Assembly: GCA_049319825.1 (NCBI GenBank)
Contig: JBMORT010000009.1
Coordinates: forward strand, 3,349-67,348
Direction: 5' to 3'
DNA length: 64,000 bases
Source: Patescibacteria group bacterium
Lineage (GTDB): Bacteria > Patescibacteriota > Patescibacteriia > UBA11705 > DATKZF01
Of this stretch, positions 53,222 to 64,000 are shown piece after piece (position 1 is the first letter of the stretch; each line of letters begins with the position of its first letter). The notes under the pieces were generated by a model, which was not told where the DNA came from, did no database searches, and saw nothing but the letters and a program-made list of their open reading frames with translations. The position numbers and the translations under genes are program-made.

Positions 53222-55249
53222 ATGGCAAAGCTGAAAAGCAGAACAAAAATCAGAATTTCAGTCGGCATAATTATCGTCTTGGCTTTGGTCATGGCTGTCT
53301 TTGATTTTCCTCAGCCGATAAACAACGCCTTAGCCAAATTGGGGATCGATAAAAAGATACAAGGCACTGATTTTCATTTGGGGCTTGATCTTTTGGGTGG
53401 CACCCACTTGGTTTATGAGGCGGATACATATCAGATAGAAGAATCCGAAAAAGGCGCGGCGCTTGAAGGCGTCAGAGATGTAATTGAAAGAAGGGTGAAT
53501 GAACTTGGTGTGGCAGAGCCGTTGGTTCAAGTTAATCGGTCGGGGGAGAAATGGCGGGTGATAGTCGAGCTGGCCGGCATCAAAGATGTTGGAGAGGCAA
53601 TCGACATGATCGGCGATACGCCGCTTTTGGAATTTAAAGAAAAAAATAATGAAGTCCCAAGAGATTTGACAGCCGCTGAAAGGACCGACCTCGAAGCTTA
53701 TAATAAGAACGCCCAGAACCGAGCCAATGATATTTTAAGCAAAGCGCTGGCCGGAGAAGATTTCGGCGAGTTGGTCAAATTATATTCGGAAGACGATGAT
53801 ACTAAGTCCAATCAGGGTGAATTAGGATATATATCCGCTGACGGTCTCTATTCTGACATATATACGTTAGCCGATAAAACAGAGGTAGGGCGGGTGATAA
53901 ACAGCGTCATCGAAAATCCGGAAGGGTTAAACATTGTCAAAGTATTGGCAAAAAGAGACGGTCCGGAGGAAATACGCGCCAGCCATATTTTAATATGTTA
54001 TGAAGGAATTGATTTCTGTCAGGATCAAATATCAAAGGAGGACGCCAGAAAAAAGATCGAAGAAATCAGAAGTCAGGCGACATCGGAAAATTTCGCTCAG
54101 CTGGCTAAAGATAATTCCGCTGATCCGGGCTCGAAAGATAATGGCGGTGAGCTGGGTTGGTTTACTAAGGAAATGATGATCGAGCCGTTCGCCACCACCG
54201 CGTTTGATCTTGCGAAGGATCAGATTTCCGAGGTGATTGAAACGGATTTTGGCTATCATATTATTTATAAAGCCGATGAGCGTGTTCGGCCAGAGTACCA
54301 AGTGGCCAGACTGCTGGTTGATTTGAGAGATCAATACGATTATGTCCCGCCGGTCGAGGAATGGAAAAATACCGGCCTGTCTGGCAAGCAGCTCAAGCAC
54401 GCCGAGGTTGTTTTTGACCCCAACACCAATTTGCCTCAGGTCAGTTTGGAATTTAATGAAGAAGGTAAAAATTTATTTTCGGAAATTACTAAACGCAATG
54501 TCGGCCAGCAAGTGGCGATATTTTTGGACGGTTCGGCCATCAGCATTCCGCGCGTTAATGAAGCTATTACCGATGGTCGCGCGGTGATATCCGGCAGTTT
54601 TAACATCAAAGACGCTAAACTTTTGGCTCAGCGGCTCAACGCCGGTGCTTTGCCGGTGCCCATTCAGCTCGTCAGCCAGCAAACGGTTGGAGCGACTCTG
54701 GGCCATGAATCGCTCAATAAAAGTTTAGTTGCCGGGTTGATCGGATTGATCTGCGTCGCGCTGTTCATGATTGCTTTTTACCGCCTGCCGGGTCTGTTAG
54801 CGACTGTCGCGCTGTTCATTTACGGAGTAATCGTCTTGTTTTTATTCAAATATATCCCGGTGACGCTTACTTTATCGGGAATTGCCGGCTTTCTGCTGTC
54901 TATCGGCATGGCTGTCGATGCCAATATTTTGATTTTTTCCAGAATGAAAGAGGAAGTGGCTGAGGGCAAACCGCTTGATTTGTCGGTACAGGAAGGCTTT
55001 CGTCGCGCTTGGCCGTCCATTCGCGATGGCAACATATCCACGCTGTTGACTTGTTTCATATTGGCTTGGTTTGGCACCAGCATGATTCGCGGGTTTGCCA
55101 TCACTTTAATAGTCGGCGTGTTAATCAGCATGCTCTCGGCGATTGTCATTACGCGGCAATTGCTGAAAGTGTTGGTGACTCCGAAAAGACAGGAAAATTC
55201 CAAGTTTTTATGGTTGTTTGGTGTGAAAAGCCGTGTAGTTAAAAAATAG
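53222..55249 (+). CDS. secD: Protein translocase subunit SecD with an inserted PpiC/parvulin-type PPIase domain
   Basis: SecD start [14 protein letters not shown] and C-terminal TM bundle. A parvulin signature block, ASHILI...[22 protein letters not shown]...FGYHIIYK, sits at nt ~53960-54285. Confidence 0.85.
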   Translation: MAKLKSRTKIRISVGIIIVLALVMAVFDFPQPINNALAKLGIDKKIQGTDFHLGLDLLGGTHLVYEADTYQIEESEKGAALEGVRDVIERRVNELGVAEPLVQVNRSGEKWRVIVELAGIKDVGEAIDMIGDTPLLEFKEKNNEVPRDLTAAERTDLEAYNKNAQNRANDILSKALAGEDFGELVKLYSEDDDTKSNQGELGYISADGLYSDIYTLADKTEVGRVINSVIENPEGLNIVKVLAKRDGPEEIRASHILICYEGIDFCQDQISKEDARKKIEEIRSQATSENFAQLAKDNSADPGSKDNGGELGWFTKEMMIEPFATTAFDLAKDQISEVIETDFGYHIIYKADERVRPEYQVARLLVDLRDQYDYVPPVEEWKNTGLSGKQLKHAEVVFDPNTNLPQVSLEFNEEGKNLFSEITKRNVGQQVAIFLDGSAISIPRVNEAITDGRAVISGSFNIKDAKLLAQRLNAGALPVPIQLVSQQTVGATLGHESLNKSLVAGLIGLICVALFMIAFYRLPGLLATVALFIYGVIVLFLFKYIPVTLTLSGIAGFLLSIGMAVDANILIFSRMKEEVAEGKPLDLSVQEGFRRAWPSIRDGNISTLLTCFILAWFGTSMIRGFAITLIVGVLISMLSAIVITRQLLKVLVTPKRQENSKFLWLFGVKSRVVKK

Positions 55250-55250
55250 T

Positions 55251-56168
55251 ATGAAGGAAATAATACAAAAAAGGAAAATTTGGCTTATTTTTTCCGGCAC
55301 GCTGGTAGTGCTCAGTATTTTAGCGTTGATCGCTTTTGGCCTAAAACTGGGCATTGATTTTACCGGCGGCAGTTTATATGAAGTCAAATTCCGGCAGCAA
55401 GTTCCGGCCCCATCCGATATTCGTCAATCATTATCCGAATTGACCATTGAAGGTGAGATTGTCGTTCAACCGGCTGGAGACGACGGGTTTATAATTCGAA
55501 TGAAGCCGGATGATGAGCAGACTCACCAGCAAGTTATTGAAAAGCTGCGCGCCGCATTTGACGCCAATGACGCTCAAAATTTGGAGGAATTGAGATTCGA
55601 ATCAATCGGACCATCAATCGGCGCTGAATTGCGAGACAAAGCGGTAATCTCCATAATTTTAGTGCTCATCGCCATAATTTTATATATCGCCTGGTCTTTT
55701 CGAAAGGTTTCCTGGCCGATCGCTTCTTGGAAATACGGAGTGATCGCCGTGATCGCTTTGTTCCACGACATACTGATTACCATGGGCGTTTTCGCGGTGC
55801 TGGGTCGGTTCATGAATATTGAAGTCGGTTTGCCATTCGTGGCCGCGTTGCTGACCATTTTGGGTTATTCGGTTAACGATACTATCGTGGTGTTTGACCG
55901 CGTGCGCGAGAATTTGGCCAAGCACGGCCGAGGAGATTTTGAAAAATTGGTCAATTCCAGCGTCAATCAAACATTGTTAAGATCGATGAATACCTCTTTG
56001 ACCACACTATTAGTTTTAATAGTGATATTCATTTTTGGCGGCGCTTCGATTAAGTATTTCGTCTTGGCCCTGATAATCGGCATCGGCTTTGGCACCTACT
56101 CATCAATTTTCGTGGCCAGTCCGTTGCTAGTTGTTTGGCATAAGCTGACCAGGAAGCTTAAGGAATAA
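55251..56168 (+). CDS. secF: Protein translocase subunit SecF
   Basis: 305 aa, GIDFTGGS start, six-TM core, tightly coupled to secD. Confidence 0.85.
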   Translation: MKEIIQKRKIWLIFSGTLVVLSILALIAFGLKLGIDFTGGSLYEVKFRQQVPAPSDIRQSLSELTIEGEIVVQPAGDDGFIIRMKPDDEQTHQQVIEKLRAAFDANDAQNLEELRFESIGPSIGAELRDKAVISIILVLIAIILYIAWSFRKVSWPIASWKYGVIAVIALFHDILITMGVFAVLGRFMNIEVGLPFVAALLTILGYSVNDTIVVFDRVRENLAKHGRGDFEKLVNSSVNQTLLRSMNTSLTTLLVLIVIFIFGGASIKYFVLALIIGIGFGTYSSIFVASPLLVVWHKLTRKLKE

Positions 56169-56247
56169 ATGTAAAATAAAATATCAATGGTAGTCTTTTG
56201 GGCTATTTTATTTTTTTGCGATACGTCCTTGATATTAAATCCATCGT

Positions 56248-56955
56248 ATGAAAATATTACTGATACAAATAAGGAAAGATAAAATGAAAGAGCATGAATA
56301 TCGATGCATTCTTTCTGGTATGCAATTGTCCACCGACGAGCTGATCTCGTATGATATGTTCGAACGAGGTGGAATCAAACAATCGGAAATTGATAAATAT
56401 GATGCGGTGATCGTCGGCGGTAGTGGAGATTTTTCTGTTTATGACAGTTCGTCCCTGCCGTTTTTGGATGAACTGAAAGGCGCGGTCAGATATTGTTATG
56501 AAAAAAATATTCCATTTCTGGGCATTTGTTTTGGTATTCAGCTGGCCGCGGTTGCGTTTGGCGGCACCGTGCAGAAAATTCCAGAACAAAAAGAAGCCGG
56601 TAGTTTCAAAATATATTTAACCGCTGCGGGAAAAAACAGTCCGATTTTTGCCGATATGCCCGATGAGTTTTATGCGGTGACCGGACATATGGACAGTGTT
56701 ACCGCCTTGCCAGCGAGCGCCCGCCTGCTGGCCAAATCCGATCTTTGTCCGATTCATGCTTTCGATTTTCCCGAAAAAAAATTTTTTGTGTTTCAATTCC
56801 ATCCGGAGCTTGATAAGAATGGCTTGGTCGAGCGTCTGACTTTTTATTACAAAAAGGGCTATGCTCGCCAAGATGAAATCGATGATATCGTGAAGAATGC
56901 CCATGAAGCGCCTGAGACTAAAAAAATATTGTATAATTTTAAAAGAATGATCTAA
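56248..56955 (+). CDS. Class I glutamine amidotransferase-like protein
   Basis: Nucleophile elbow GICFGIQL and FQFHPE His motif. Confidence 0.7.
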   Translation: MKILLIQIRKDKMKEHEYRCILSGMQLSTDELISYDMFERGGIKQSEIDKYDAVIVGGSGDFSVYDSSSLPFLDELKGAVRYCYEKNIPFLGICFGIQLAAVAFGGTVQKIPEQKEAGSFKIYLTAAGKNSPIFADMPDEFYAVTGHMDSVTALPASARLLAKSDLCPIHAFDFPEKKFFVFQFHPELDKNGLVERLTFYYKKGYARQDEIDDIVKNAHEAPETKKILYNFKRMI

Positions 56956-57216
56956 ATCACCTAAAATAGCGGTCAACCACCTTCGGAAACGAAGGTTTTT
57001 TAAGTTTAAAAAATAAATTGACAATATCGCCGATTATTGTTAAGATAGCTGTTCAATACCGATAATTTCCATATTTATTATCTAAATTTGAATGATTTTA
57101 TGAATATTTTACTGATTGTTAGTATTGTCCTTGACAGTTTGCCGTAAAGATGATATTCTTAATTTAATATTATCAGATAAATTATAGCGACGCTTGTCCA
57201 CTATTGAGTAATAATT

Positions 57217-58329
57217 ATGCTTAATTACAGCATTAAAAACAAACAAGCTGTTCGACAGCTTTTGGATAACCTTTTCTCTGGCTTGCCTAGTCGCGAAAAG
57301 GATGTTTTGATTAGACGAAATCATCTTTTAAGCGAGCTTTCCGCTCGCGAGACTTTGAAGGAAATCGGCGATGAGTATAATATTACCAGAGAAAGAGTCC
57401 GTCAGATTGAAAATGAAGGCATTAAAAAATTACTTCGGGCCAGACAAGCGGAAAAGGAATTAATCACCATGATTGAAGATGATATTTTGAATTATTTCAA
57501 GCGAAACGGCGGTATCGTGCTGGAAAGACATTTGATCGATAATTTTGTCGGCCAATTGGATTTAAAGCATTACAATCAAAACGCGGCTATTTTTGTCCTG
57601 GATATTTTGATCGATCCGATTCAAAGGATAAATGAAACGGAAGAGTTCCACGATCACTGGAAGTTAATTGATTTGGAAATCAATCATGTGGCCGAGCTGA
57701 TCCGCAATTTGGTGTCCCAGCTTGAAGAAAAAAATGAGCCGATCGCTCATCAGGAGCTGATTGATATGCTGGCCGGACATGAATTGGTGTCTTCAAATCG
57801 AGAGCAGTTTGATCGTTTTTTAACTGAATATCAAGACGTTCAATTGGAGCAGCTGCTGCAGAATTATCTTAATCTGAGCAAGCGAGTCAATAAAAATATT
57901 TTAGATCAATGGGGATTGAGTCAATGGCCGCAGATCAGACCGAAAAAATTATCTGAAAAAATCGCTTTGGTTTTTCAGCGCCATAATAAACCGCTGCACT
58001 TTTCACAAGTCGCGGAAAATATCAATCAGGCCGGATTTGATAAAAAGTCAATTTGCGCGGCCACGGTTCACAATGAATTGATCGCCAATCCGGATTACAC
58101 ATTGGTTGGCCGGGGGATATACGCCATGAAAGATTGGGGATATGAATCAGGCACGGTCGCTGAAGTGATTGAAAAAATCCTTAAAGAAAACGGACCGATG
58201 TCCAAGGATGATTTATATGAGCGGGTGCTCAAACAGCGCCTGGTTAATAAATCAACGATTTATCTTTCTTTGATCAATAAAAATAAGTTTGTCAAAATTG
58301 ACGGCAATAAGTTCACCTTAAAAGCTTAA
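57217..58329 (+). CDS. Protein with N-terminal sigma-70 region-4-like HTH
   Basis: REKDVLIRRNHLLSELSARETLKEIGDEYNITRERVRQIENEGIKKL. The rest of the 370 aa is unassigned. Confidence 0.5.
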   Translation: MLNYSIKNKQAVRQLLDNLFSGLPSREKDVLIRRNHLLSELSARETLKEIGDEYNITRERVRQIENEGIKKLLRARQAEKELITMIEDDILNYFKRNGGIVLERHLIDNFVGQLDLKHYNQNAAIFVLDILIDPIQRINETEEFHDHWKLIDLEINHVAELIRNLVSQLEEKNEPIAHQELIDMLAGHELVSSNREQFDRFLTEYQDVQLEQLLQNYLNLSKRVNKNILDQWGLSQWPQIRPKKLSEKIALVFQRHNKPLHFSQVAENINQAGFDKKSICAATVHNELIANPDYTLVGRGIYAMKDWGYESGTVAEVIEKILKENGPMSKDDLYERVLKQRLVNKSTIYLSLINKNKFVKIDGNKFTLKA

Positions 58330-58446
58330 TCTTAATAGTTCGTAAGCAAAAAACGGTCCGCCCTGGACGCGTTTTTTGTTTTATATTAACTTTTTAAATG
58401 GCCGCTGCTTTCTTTTTTACACAATAATTTTTCATCTCTCATAATA

Positions 58447-60141
58447 ATGTGGTATAATAATTGCAGTATGGATTCACTCGAATTCGGATTATTTTCTATT
58501 GACTTGAGTTTTGTCGAAAAACTGGCAAACCAGCCTTTGTATCAGGTTTTTTTATATATCTTCTTCAATTTGTACGGCTGGGTTTTATTTTCGGTATTAC
58601 TGATTTGGGGGTTATCTCAGATTTGGATGTTTTGGCGGCAAAATGTTTTCGCTTCCAAGCAAAGCTACATTTTATTGGCCGTGGATATTCCCAGGGAAAG
58701 CATCCAGACCCCAAAGGCGGTGGAAAATGTTTTTGCCAATTTGGCTGGCGCGCATGCCGATCCGAATTGGAAGGAAAAATACATTGATGGCTATTTTCAG
58801 GTCGGATTTAGCTTGGAAATCGTCAGCATCGACGGCTTTATTCAATATTTGATCAGAACGCCGGTCAAGTTCAGGGAATTGGCCGAAGCCGCCATTTACG
58901 CGCAATATCCTGACGCGGAAATCACTGAGGTTAATGATTACGCCAAAGCAATGGATATCAAATTTCCAAATGATGAATACGGATTGTGGGGAAGCGATAT
59001 CACTTTGGCCAAACCATACTATTATCCGATAAGAACATATCCCGAATTTGAACATCAGATGTCGCAGGAATTTAAAGATCCGATGGCGTCGCTATTGGAA
59101 ATCATGAGTAAAATAGGTAAAGGCGAGCAGATTTGGTTTCAAATTTTAATAGTGCCGGTGCTCGGCTCTGCTTGGGTTGAGGACGGCGTCAAGGAAATCA
59201 ATAAATTGGTGGGAGTGGCCACACCCGTAAAAAAGACAGCGCTATCCAAGATCGCCGAAGCGCCGATCAGCGCGCTGCAGATGATCAGCGAACAAATTAC
59301 CGGCGGCGGGGGCGGCCCAGAAGAAAAGAAAAAGGAAGCCAATATGCTGGCTTATATGCCGCCAAATCAGAAAGTTAAAGTTGATGGCATTTCCAGAAAA
59401 ATCAGCAAGATTGGGTACAAAACAAAAATGCGGTTTATATATTTGTCGAAAAAGGAAGTGATGAGGAAGGGATTGGGTGTTTCCGGTATATTTGGCGCGC
59501 TGAAGCAATTTAACACCGAAGATTTGAATTCGATGAAGCCCCATAAAAAAACCAAAACCGTGGCGAATTATTTTTTCATCAATCGTCGAATGGCGAGTAA
59601 ACAAAATCATATCATGAGTTTTTACAAAGGACGATCGATGGATTCATACGGCTCGCCTTTCTATTTGAATATCGAAGAATTGGCCACGCTTTATCATTTC
59701 CCGGCGATCGAGCTGAAAGCGCCGCTGATCCAGCGCATCGAAAGTAAAAAAGCGAGCGCCCCGATTTCTCTGCCGACCGAAGAAGAAGAATATATCCCGA
59801 CGCTGGGCGCGCCGCCGGCAGAAACGCCGCAACCGACGCCCGAACCGGTGATTGATTTTGACACTGATGAATTTGAAAAAAGATTCGCCAAGGATAAAAC
59901 CGGTCAAACCGCGGCCATAAGAAAAAAAATCATCAAGCAAAAATATCATCTTGAAGAAAAAAATGACGCGATTGAGCCGGCGGATAATCGGGTCGGCGAA
60001 ACCGAGGAATCAATAATGCCGGCGGGTGAAGAAATCGCCGCGCCGGCCGGAACGATTTTTAAAAAAGGTGATGTTCCCGCGTCTTCACGAAAAGCGACTG
60101 ATGATCACGGTCAAGCGCCCGATAATTTACCCTTTATCTGA
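58447..60141 (+). CDS. Membrane protein (two N-terminal TM helices, large cytoplasmic domain, Pro/Glu-rich tail)
   Basis: TMs are YQVFLYIFFNLYGWVLFSVLLIWGL. It lies directly upstream of a coupling-protein-like ATPase. Confidence 0.5.
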   Translation: MWYNNCSMDSLEFGLFSIDLSFVEKLANQPLYQVFLYIFFNLYGWVLFSVLLIWGLSQIWMFWRQNVFASKQSYILLAVDIPRESIQTPKAVENVFANLAGAHADPNWKEKYIDGYFQVGFSLEIVSIDGFIQYLIRTPVKFRELAEAAIYAQYPDAEITEVNDYAKAMDIKFPNDEYGLWGSDITLAKPYYYPIRTYPEFEHQMSQEFKDPMASLLEIMSKIGKGEQIWFQILIVPVLGSAWVEDGVKEINKLVGVATPVKKTALSKIAEAPISALQMISEQITGGGGGPEEKKKEANMLAYMPPNQKVKVDGISRKISKIGYKTKMRFIYLSKKEVMRKGLGVSGIFGALKQFNTEDLNSMKPHKKTKTVANYFFINRRMASKQNHIMSFYKGRSMDSYGSPFYLNIEELATLYHFPAIELKAPLIQRIESKKASAPISLPTEEEEYIPTLGAPPAETPQPTPEPVIDFDTDEFEKRFAKDKTGQTAAIRKKIIKQKYHLEEKNDAIEPADNRVGETEESIMPAGEEIAAPAGTIFKKGDVPASSRKATDDHGQAPDNLPFI

Positions 60142-60194
60142 CTTATTCAAATAAATTTAAGCCATCGGTGATATTATTTTAAGGCTTACATTAT

Positions 60195-62126
60195 ATGCCA
60201 GAGATAAATTCACAAATCGCGGTTTTTGCCGAGACCAACTTTCGCAATGAAAGGCGGCGTTTTGGGATTAAAGTCGATGACCGCCGGCGTCACATGTATT
60301 TTGTCGGAAAAACCGGCATGGGCAAATCCGTGGTTTTGGAAAATTTGATTTATCACGACATTATTTCCGGCAATGGCGTGGCCGTGGTTGATCCGCACGG
60401 CGATTTGGCGGAAAAAGTCATCGAATTCATCCCGGCCAATAGGATTAACGACGTTATCTATTTCAATCCTGCGGACATTGATTTTCCGATAGCTTTCAAC
60501 GTGCTCGAGAAGGTGGATCCCAAATACCGGCACTTGGTCGCGTCCGGTTTGATCGGCGTATTCAAAAAAATATGGGCGGACAGTTGGGGCCCGCGCTTGG
60601 AGTATCTCTTAAGAAACGCGATATTGGCTTTGCTCGATTATCCGGACAGCACTTTGCTGGGTGTCAATAGAATTTTAGTGGATAAGGAATATAGAAAAAA
60701 AGTGGTGGCCAAAATTCAGGATCCGGTGGTCAAAGCATTTTGGCTGGATGAGTTCACCAAATACAATCAGCAATTTTTGGTCGAGGCCATCGCTCCGATT
60801 CAAAACAAAGTCGGCCAATTTTTATCAACTTCGCTGATCAGAAACATTGTCGGTCAGGTGAAATCGACCATCAGCATGAGAGATATAATGGACAATCGAA
60901 AAATTTTGATATTGAATTTGTCCAAGGGCAGAATCGGCGAGGATTCTTCCAGCTTGCTCGGCGCGATGATCATCACGAAAATTCAGCTGGCGGCCATGTC
61001 CCGGGTCGATATTCCGGAATCGGAGAGAAAAGATTTTTATCTGTACGTCGATGAGTTCCAGAATTTCGCCACCGAAAGCTTTGCCGGCATTCTGTCCGAG
61101 GCCAGAAAATACCGGCTAAATTTGACTATCGCCCATCAATACATCGAGCAGCTGGGCGACGTGGTTAAGGCGGCCGTGTTCGGCAATGTCGGCACGATTA
61201 TCTGTTTTCGTGTCGGCGCCGCCGATGCGGAAGAGTTGGAAAAGGAATTTACGCCGCGTTTTACACCGGAGGATTTGGTTAATTTGCCCAAATACAATAT
61301 TTATTTGAAATTGATGATCGACGGTGTCGCTTCTGATCCTTTCAGCGCCAATACATTGCCGCCGCGCCATGAAAATACGGGCAATGTCGATAAAATTGTG
61401 ACGATATCTCGTGAACGCTACGCCAAATCCCGCGAAGTGGTCGAGGAAAAGATCGCCCGCTGGAGCGGTGTCGAGACCGAGGCGATGTTGCTGCGCGAGG
61501 AAAAGAAATTAAAGGAAATGAAGGCCGGTGAAAAACAGATTGAATCCGGTGATGTTTTTAAAAAATCAATTGATTTTTTGGATATTTTACGAAGAAAAAT
61601 TATGCCGCCGAAGGAATTGGCCAAAGCGGAACAGGAAATAGCCGATGTTAAGGAACAAATCGAGGCTGAACCGCAGGAAACCAAAGCCGATGTTGAAAAA
61701 ATTGTCAAGTGTGACTGGTGTTCCGCCAGGACTCGAATAAATTTCGAGCCGGATCCGGAAAAACCGGTTTTATGCAAAGAGTGCCTGAAGGATTATCGCC
61801 GCATGCAAGCCAAGGGAATTGAACCGCCGAAAAAACTAAAAGGCACACCGCAAAAAATGCTGTCCGCCAGCCGTCCGGAGCGGCCGCGGCCGGCGGATCG
61901 CCGACCCAAAAATCAGTCGGTGATCAGCATTAACGAGGCCCTGAGTAAAAAACCGGTGGCTTTTTCGAGGCGTCGGTCGGAATCGGGCAGTCGATCAGCG
62001 CGGCCGGTGATTAGCGGCCCGAAGCAAGCGGTCGGCTTGTCGTCATTGCTCAATAAAACAAAATTTGAAAAAAAAATAAATAATGACGATATCGAATTGC
62101 AGTCGGGGGAGGAAGTGAAATTGTGA
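60195..62126 (+). CDS. VirD4/TraG/TraD-like (FtsK-HerA superfamily) P-loop ATPase with C-terminal zinc ribbon
   Basis: Walker A GKTGMGKS and a VVDPHGD block. Walker B is LYVDEFQNF. The C-terminal ribbon is CDWCS...CKEC. Confidence 0.6.
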   Translation: MPEINSQIAVFAETNFRNERRRFGIKVDDRRRHMYFVGKTGMGKSVVLENLIYHDIISGNGVAVVDPHGDLAEKVIEFIPANRINDVIYFNPADIDFPIAFNVLEKVDPKYRHLVASGLIGVFKKIWADSWGPRLEYLLRNAILALLDYPDSTLLGVNRILVDKEYRKKVVAKIQDPVVKAFWLDEFTKYNQQFLVEAIAPIQNKVGQFLSTSLIRNIVGQVKSTISMRDIMDNRKILILNLSKGRIGEDSSSLLGAMIITKIQLAAMSRVDIPESERKDFYLYVDEFQNFATESFAGILSEARKYRLNLTIAHQYIEQLGDVVKAAVFGNVGTIICFRVGAADAEELEKEFTPRFTPEDLVNLPKYNIYLKLMIDGVASDPFSANTLPPRHENTGNVDKIVTISRERYAKSREVVEEKIARWSGVETEAMLLREEKKLKEMKAGEKQIESGDVFKKSIDFLDILRRKIMPPKELAKAEQEIADVKEQIEAEPQETKADVEKIVKCDWCSARTRINFEPDPEKPVLCKECLKDYRRMQAKGIEPPKKLKGTPQKMLSASRPERPRPADRRPKNQSVISINEALSKKPVAFSRRRSESGSRSARPVISGPKQAVGLSSLLNKTKFEKKINNDDIELQSGEEVKL

Positions 62127-62235
62127 CCAATAGATGACTGATTTTAATGCGAATATTAAAAGAACGCCGCATGAATCAAGGCCTGGAAAATATTTTATAA
62201 AATTTTAATCTTCACACTTTTTTTAACTTTGTTAT

Positions 62236-63990
62236 ATGAAAAGAATTTTTCACTTGGGAGGCTTGATCGCTTTCTTTTTATTTATCCCCAATATTTCGCT
62301 GGCGCAAAATGTTGGCGCTCCGACCGGTGCCGGCCAGCTTTACGGTTGGGACATTGTCGATTATCAGACGGAGATCGCCGTGAGAACAACCGGCGAGTTT
62401 GAAGTGACGGAAAATATTTTAACCGATTTTTATCAGCTCAAGCACGGAATTTTTCGCTATATCCCGCTGAAATATAAAGTCGGCGGCATTTTTAATTATT
62501 ATTTGGGAATCGATTTGATCGGAATTTACCGTCAGGACGGTGCCGAATGGGATTACCAGCAAACCAAAAGCGGAAAATTTTGGGAATATAAAATCGGCAG
62601 CCCGGACCAAACGATTCAGGGGCGGCAGCTTTATAAAATAAAATATAACGTCAAACGCGGCATCAGATATTTTGGCGACCACGATGAGCTGTATTGGAAC
62701 GTCACCGGCACTGATTGGGAAGTGCCGCGCCAAAACGTCGGCGCGGTGGTTTCTTTGCCCAAAGAAGTTTCGGAAAATGAACTGAAATTCGCTTGCTACA
62801 CGGGATTTGAGGGATCAACCGAGCAAAATTGCAATTATCTTTATGATCCCTCGGAAAATTCAGTGACCTTCACCAGTGTGGAAAAAGACCCGGCTCAAAA
62901 TTATTTGACCATTGCCGTCTGGTTGCCCAAAGGATACTTGATCGAGCCGAGTTTGCCAATGAAAGTTTGGTATTTTATCGGCGATAATTACGTATTATTT
63001 TTGCCAATTTTGATTTGCGCCACCATGTTTTTTATCTGGCGTAAAAAAGGAAAAGATCCGAAGTCGAACAAACCGATTGTGGCTCAATACGATGCCTGCG
63101 ACCTTTTAACCCCGGGTCTGGTCGGCGTGATTGAAAAAGAGCGGCCGTTCAATGCCCATGACCTGCCGGCGGAAATAGTTTTACTGGCCACCATGAGAAT
63201 ATTAAAAATTAAAGAAGTTGACGCTGAAAAGAAGAAGTATCAATTGATCAAGCGGCGCGATTGGCAAGGAAACAGCAAAGTCACTTCGTATCAAACTTAT
63301 TTGCTGGAAAAGCTTTTCCCGAGAGGCCAAACCGAGATTGATTTGGATGAGTTGAAAAATAATTTCAGCCATACCGACTCGGTTCAATTTAAAATGCTGG
63401 CCGACGCGCATATTAAAGCGCAGGGGTATTATCAAACGTCAGTGGCCGCCAAGGGCGCGATTGTCGGGATTGGGGCGCTGCTGTTGATGCTCAGCGTTAT
63501 TTGGGCGGCCGCGTCTCAGAGCGGATTGAATTTTTTCATTGGAGCGTTGTGCGCGGTGATTGTAATAGTTTTCGGCATTTTTATGCCCAAAAAGACTCCG
63601 GCAGGCATCGAGATGCTCAATTACATCAAAGGTTTGAAGGAATACATAAACGTAGCGGAAAAGGATAGAATCAAAGACGAAGAAGCGGCCAATATTTTCA
63701 GCAAGGTGCTGCCTTTCGCCATGGTGATGGGACTAACCGACAAGTGGGTAACGCTGTTTAGCGGCATACTGAAAGAGCCGCCTGAATGGCTCGAAGTCAG
63801 CGACCTGAAAGCTTTTTCCGGCGCATATTTGGCCGGCGCGTTGACACGTTTTGAAAATCAAACCAACAGCGGTTTCGCGCCGGCGTACCGAAGCGGCGGC
63901 AGCGCGGGGTCGAGCGGCTTTTCGAGCGGCGGCAGCGGCGGCGGCTCATCAGGCGGCGGATTTGGCGGAGGGGGAGGAGGATCGTGGTAA
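62236..63990 (+). CDS. DUF2207-type membrane protein with Gly-rich C-terminal tail
   Basis: Signal peptide, extracytoplasmic domain, multiple TMs and a terminal SGGSGGGSSGGGFGGGGGGSW tail characteristic of DUF2207 proteins. Confidence 0.6.
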   Translation: MKRIFHLGGLIAFFLFIPNISLAQNVGAPTGAGQLYGWDIVDYQTEIAVRTTGEFEVTENILTDFYQLKHGIFRYIPLKYKVGGIFNYYLGIDLIGIYRQDGAEWDYQQTKSGKFWEYKIGSPDQTIQGRQLYKIKYNVKRGIRYFGDHDELYWNVTGTDWEVPRQNVGAVVSLPKEVSENELKFACYTGFEGSTEQNCNYLYDPSENSVTFTSVEKDPAQNYLTIAVWLPKGYLIEPSLPMKVWYFIGDNYVLFLPILICATMFFIWRKKGKDPKSNKPIVAQYDACDLLTPGLVGVIEKERPFNAHDLPAEIVLLATMRILKIKEVDAEKKKYQLIKRRDWQGNSKVTSYQTYLLEKLFPRGQTEIDLDELKNNFSHTDSVQFKMLADAHIKAQGYYQTSVAAKGAIVGIGALLLMLSVIWAAASQSGLNFFIGALCAVIVIVFGIFMPKKTPAGIEMLNYIKGLKEYINVAEKDRIKDEEAANIFSKVLPFAMVMGLTDKWVTLFSGILKEPPEWLEVSDLKAFSGAYLAGALTRFENQTNSGFAPAYRSGGSAGSSGFSSGGSGGGSSGGGFGGGGGGSW

Positions 63991-64000
63991 ATTCTAAATC

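Overview
This 64 kb window is AT-rich bacterial DNA. The gene content suggests a small-genome CPR/Patescibacteria-like organism, but that is inference only. Host housekeeping genes occupy both flanks. On the left are an NMT1-like substrate-binding protein fragment, two SAM methyltransferases, a SufS-like desulfurase, a PLP fold-II enzyme, a repeat-rich surface protein, an Elp3-like radical-SAM/GNAT enzyme, murC, murB, hpf and secA. On the right are a QueD-like gene, secD/secF, a GATase1, a split VirD4/TraG-like ATPase module and a DUF2207 protein. Between secA (ends 17996) and secD (starts 53222) lies a roughly 34 kb prophage-like block at about 18.0-52.6 kb, read almost entirely on the + strand. 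It carries a recombination module (Sak4-like ATPase and PD-(D/E)XK nuclease), a replication initiator with internal iterons, an HNH/NUMOD3 homing endonuclease flanked by GC-rich zinc-ribbon genes, and a 146 bp hexanucleotide microsatellite. Packaging and structure follow: small and large terminase, portal, scaffold, capsid, then virion proteins including a triple CBM-like receptor-binding protein. Two peptidoglycan hydrolases (M23, CHAP) and holin-like genes are present. A 1842-aa virion protein carries an embedded zeta-toxin-like P-loop kinase domain and a C-terminal (LPxLP)n tail. A dense regulatory/ncRNA locus at 49.8-51.3 kb holds back-to-back consensus promoters, structured RNA candidates and an atypical tRNA (anticodon loop CUACUAA) with a flanking inverted repeat. 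A tyrosine integrase sits at the right end with repeated candidate arm/operator motifs. All calls come from reading the sequence and recognising motifs. No database searches were run.
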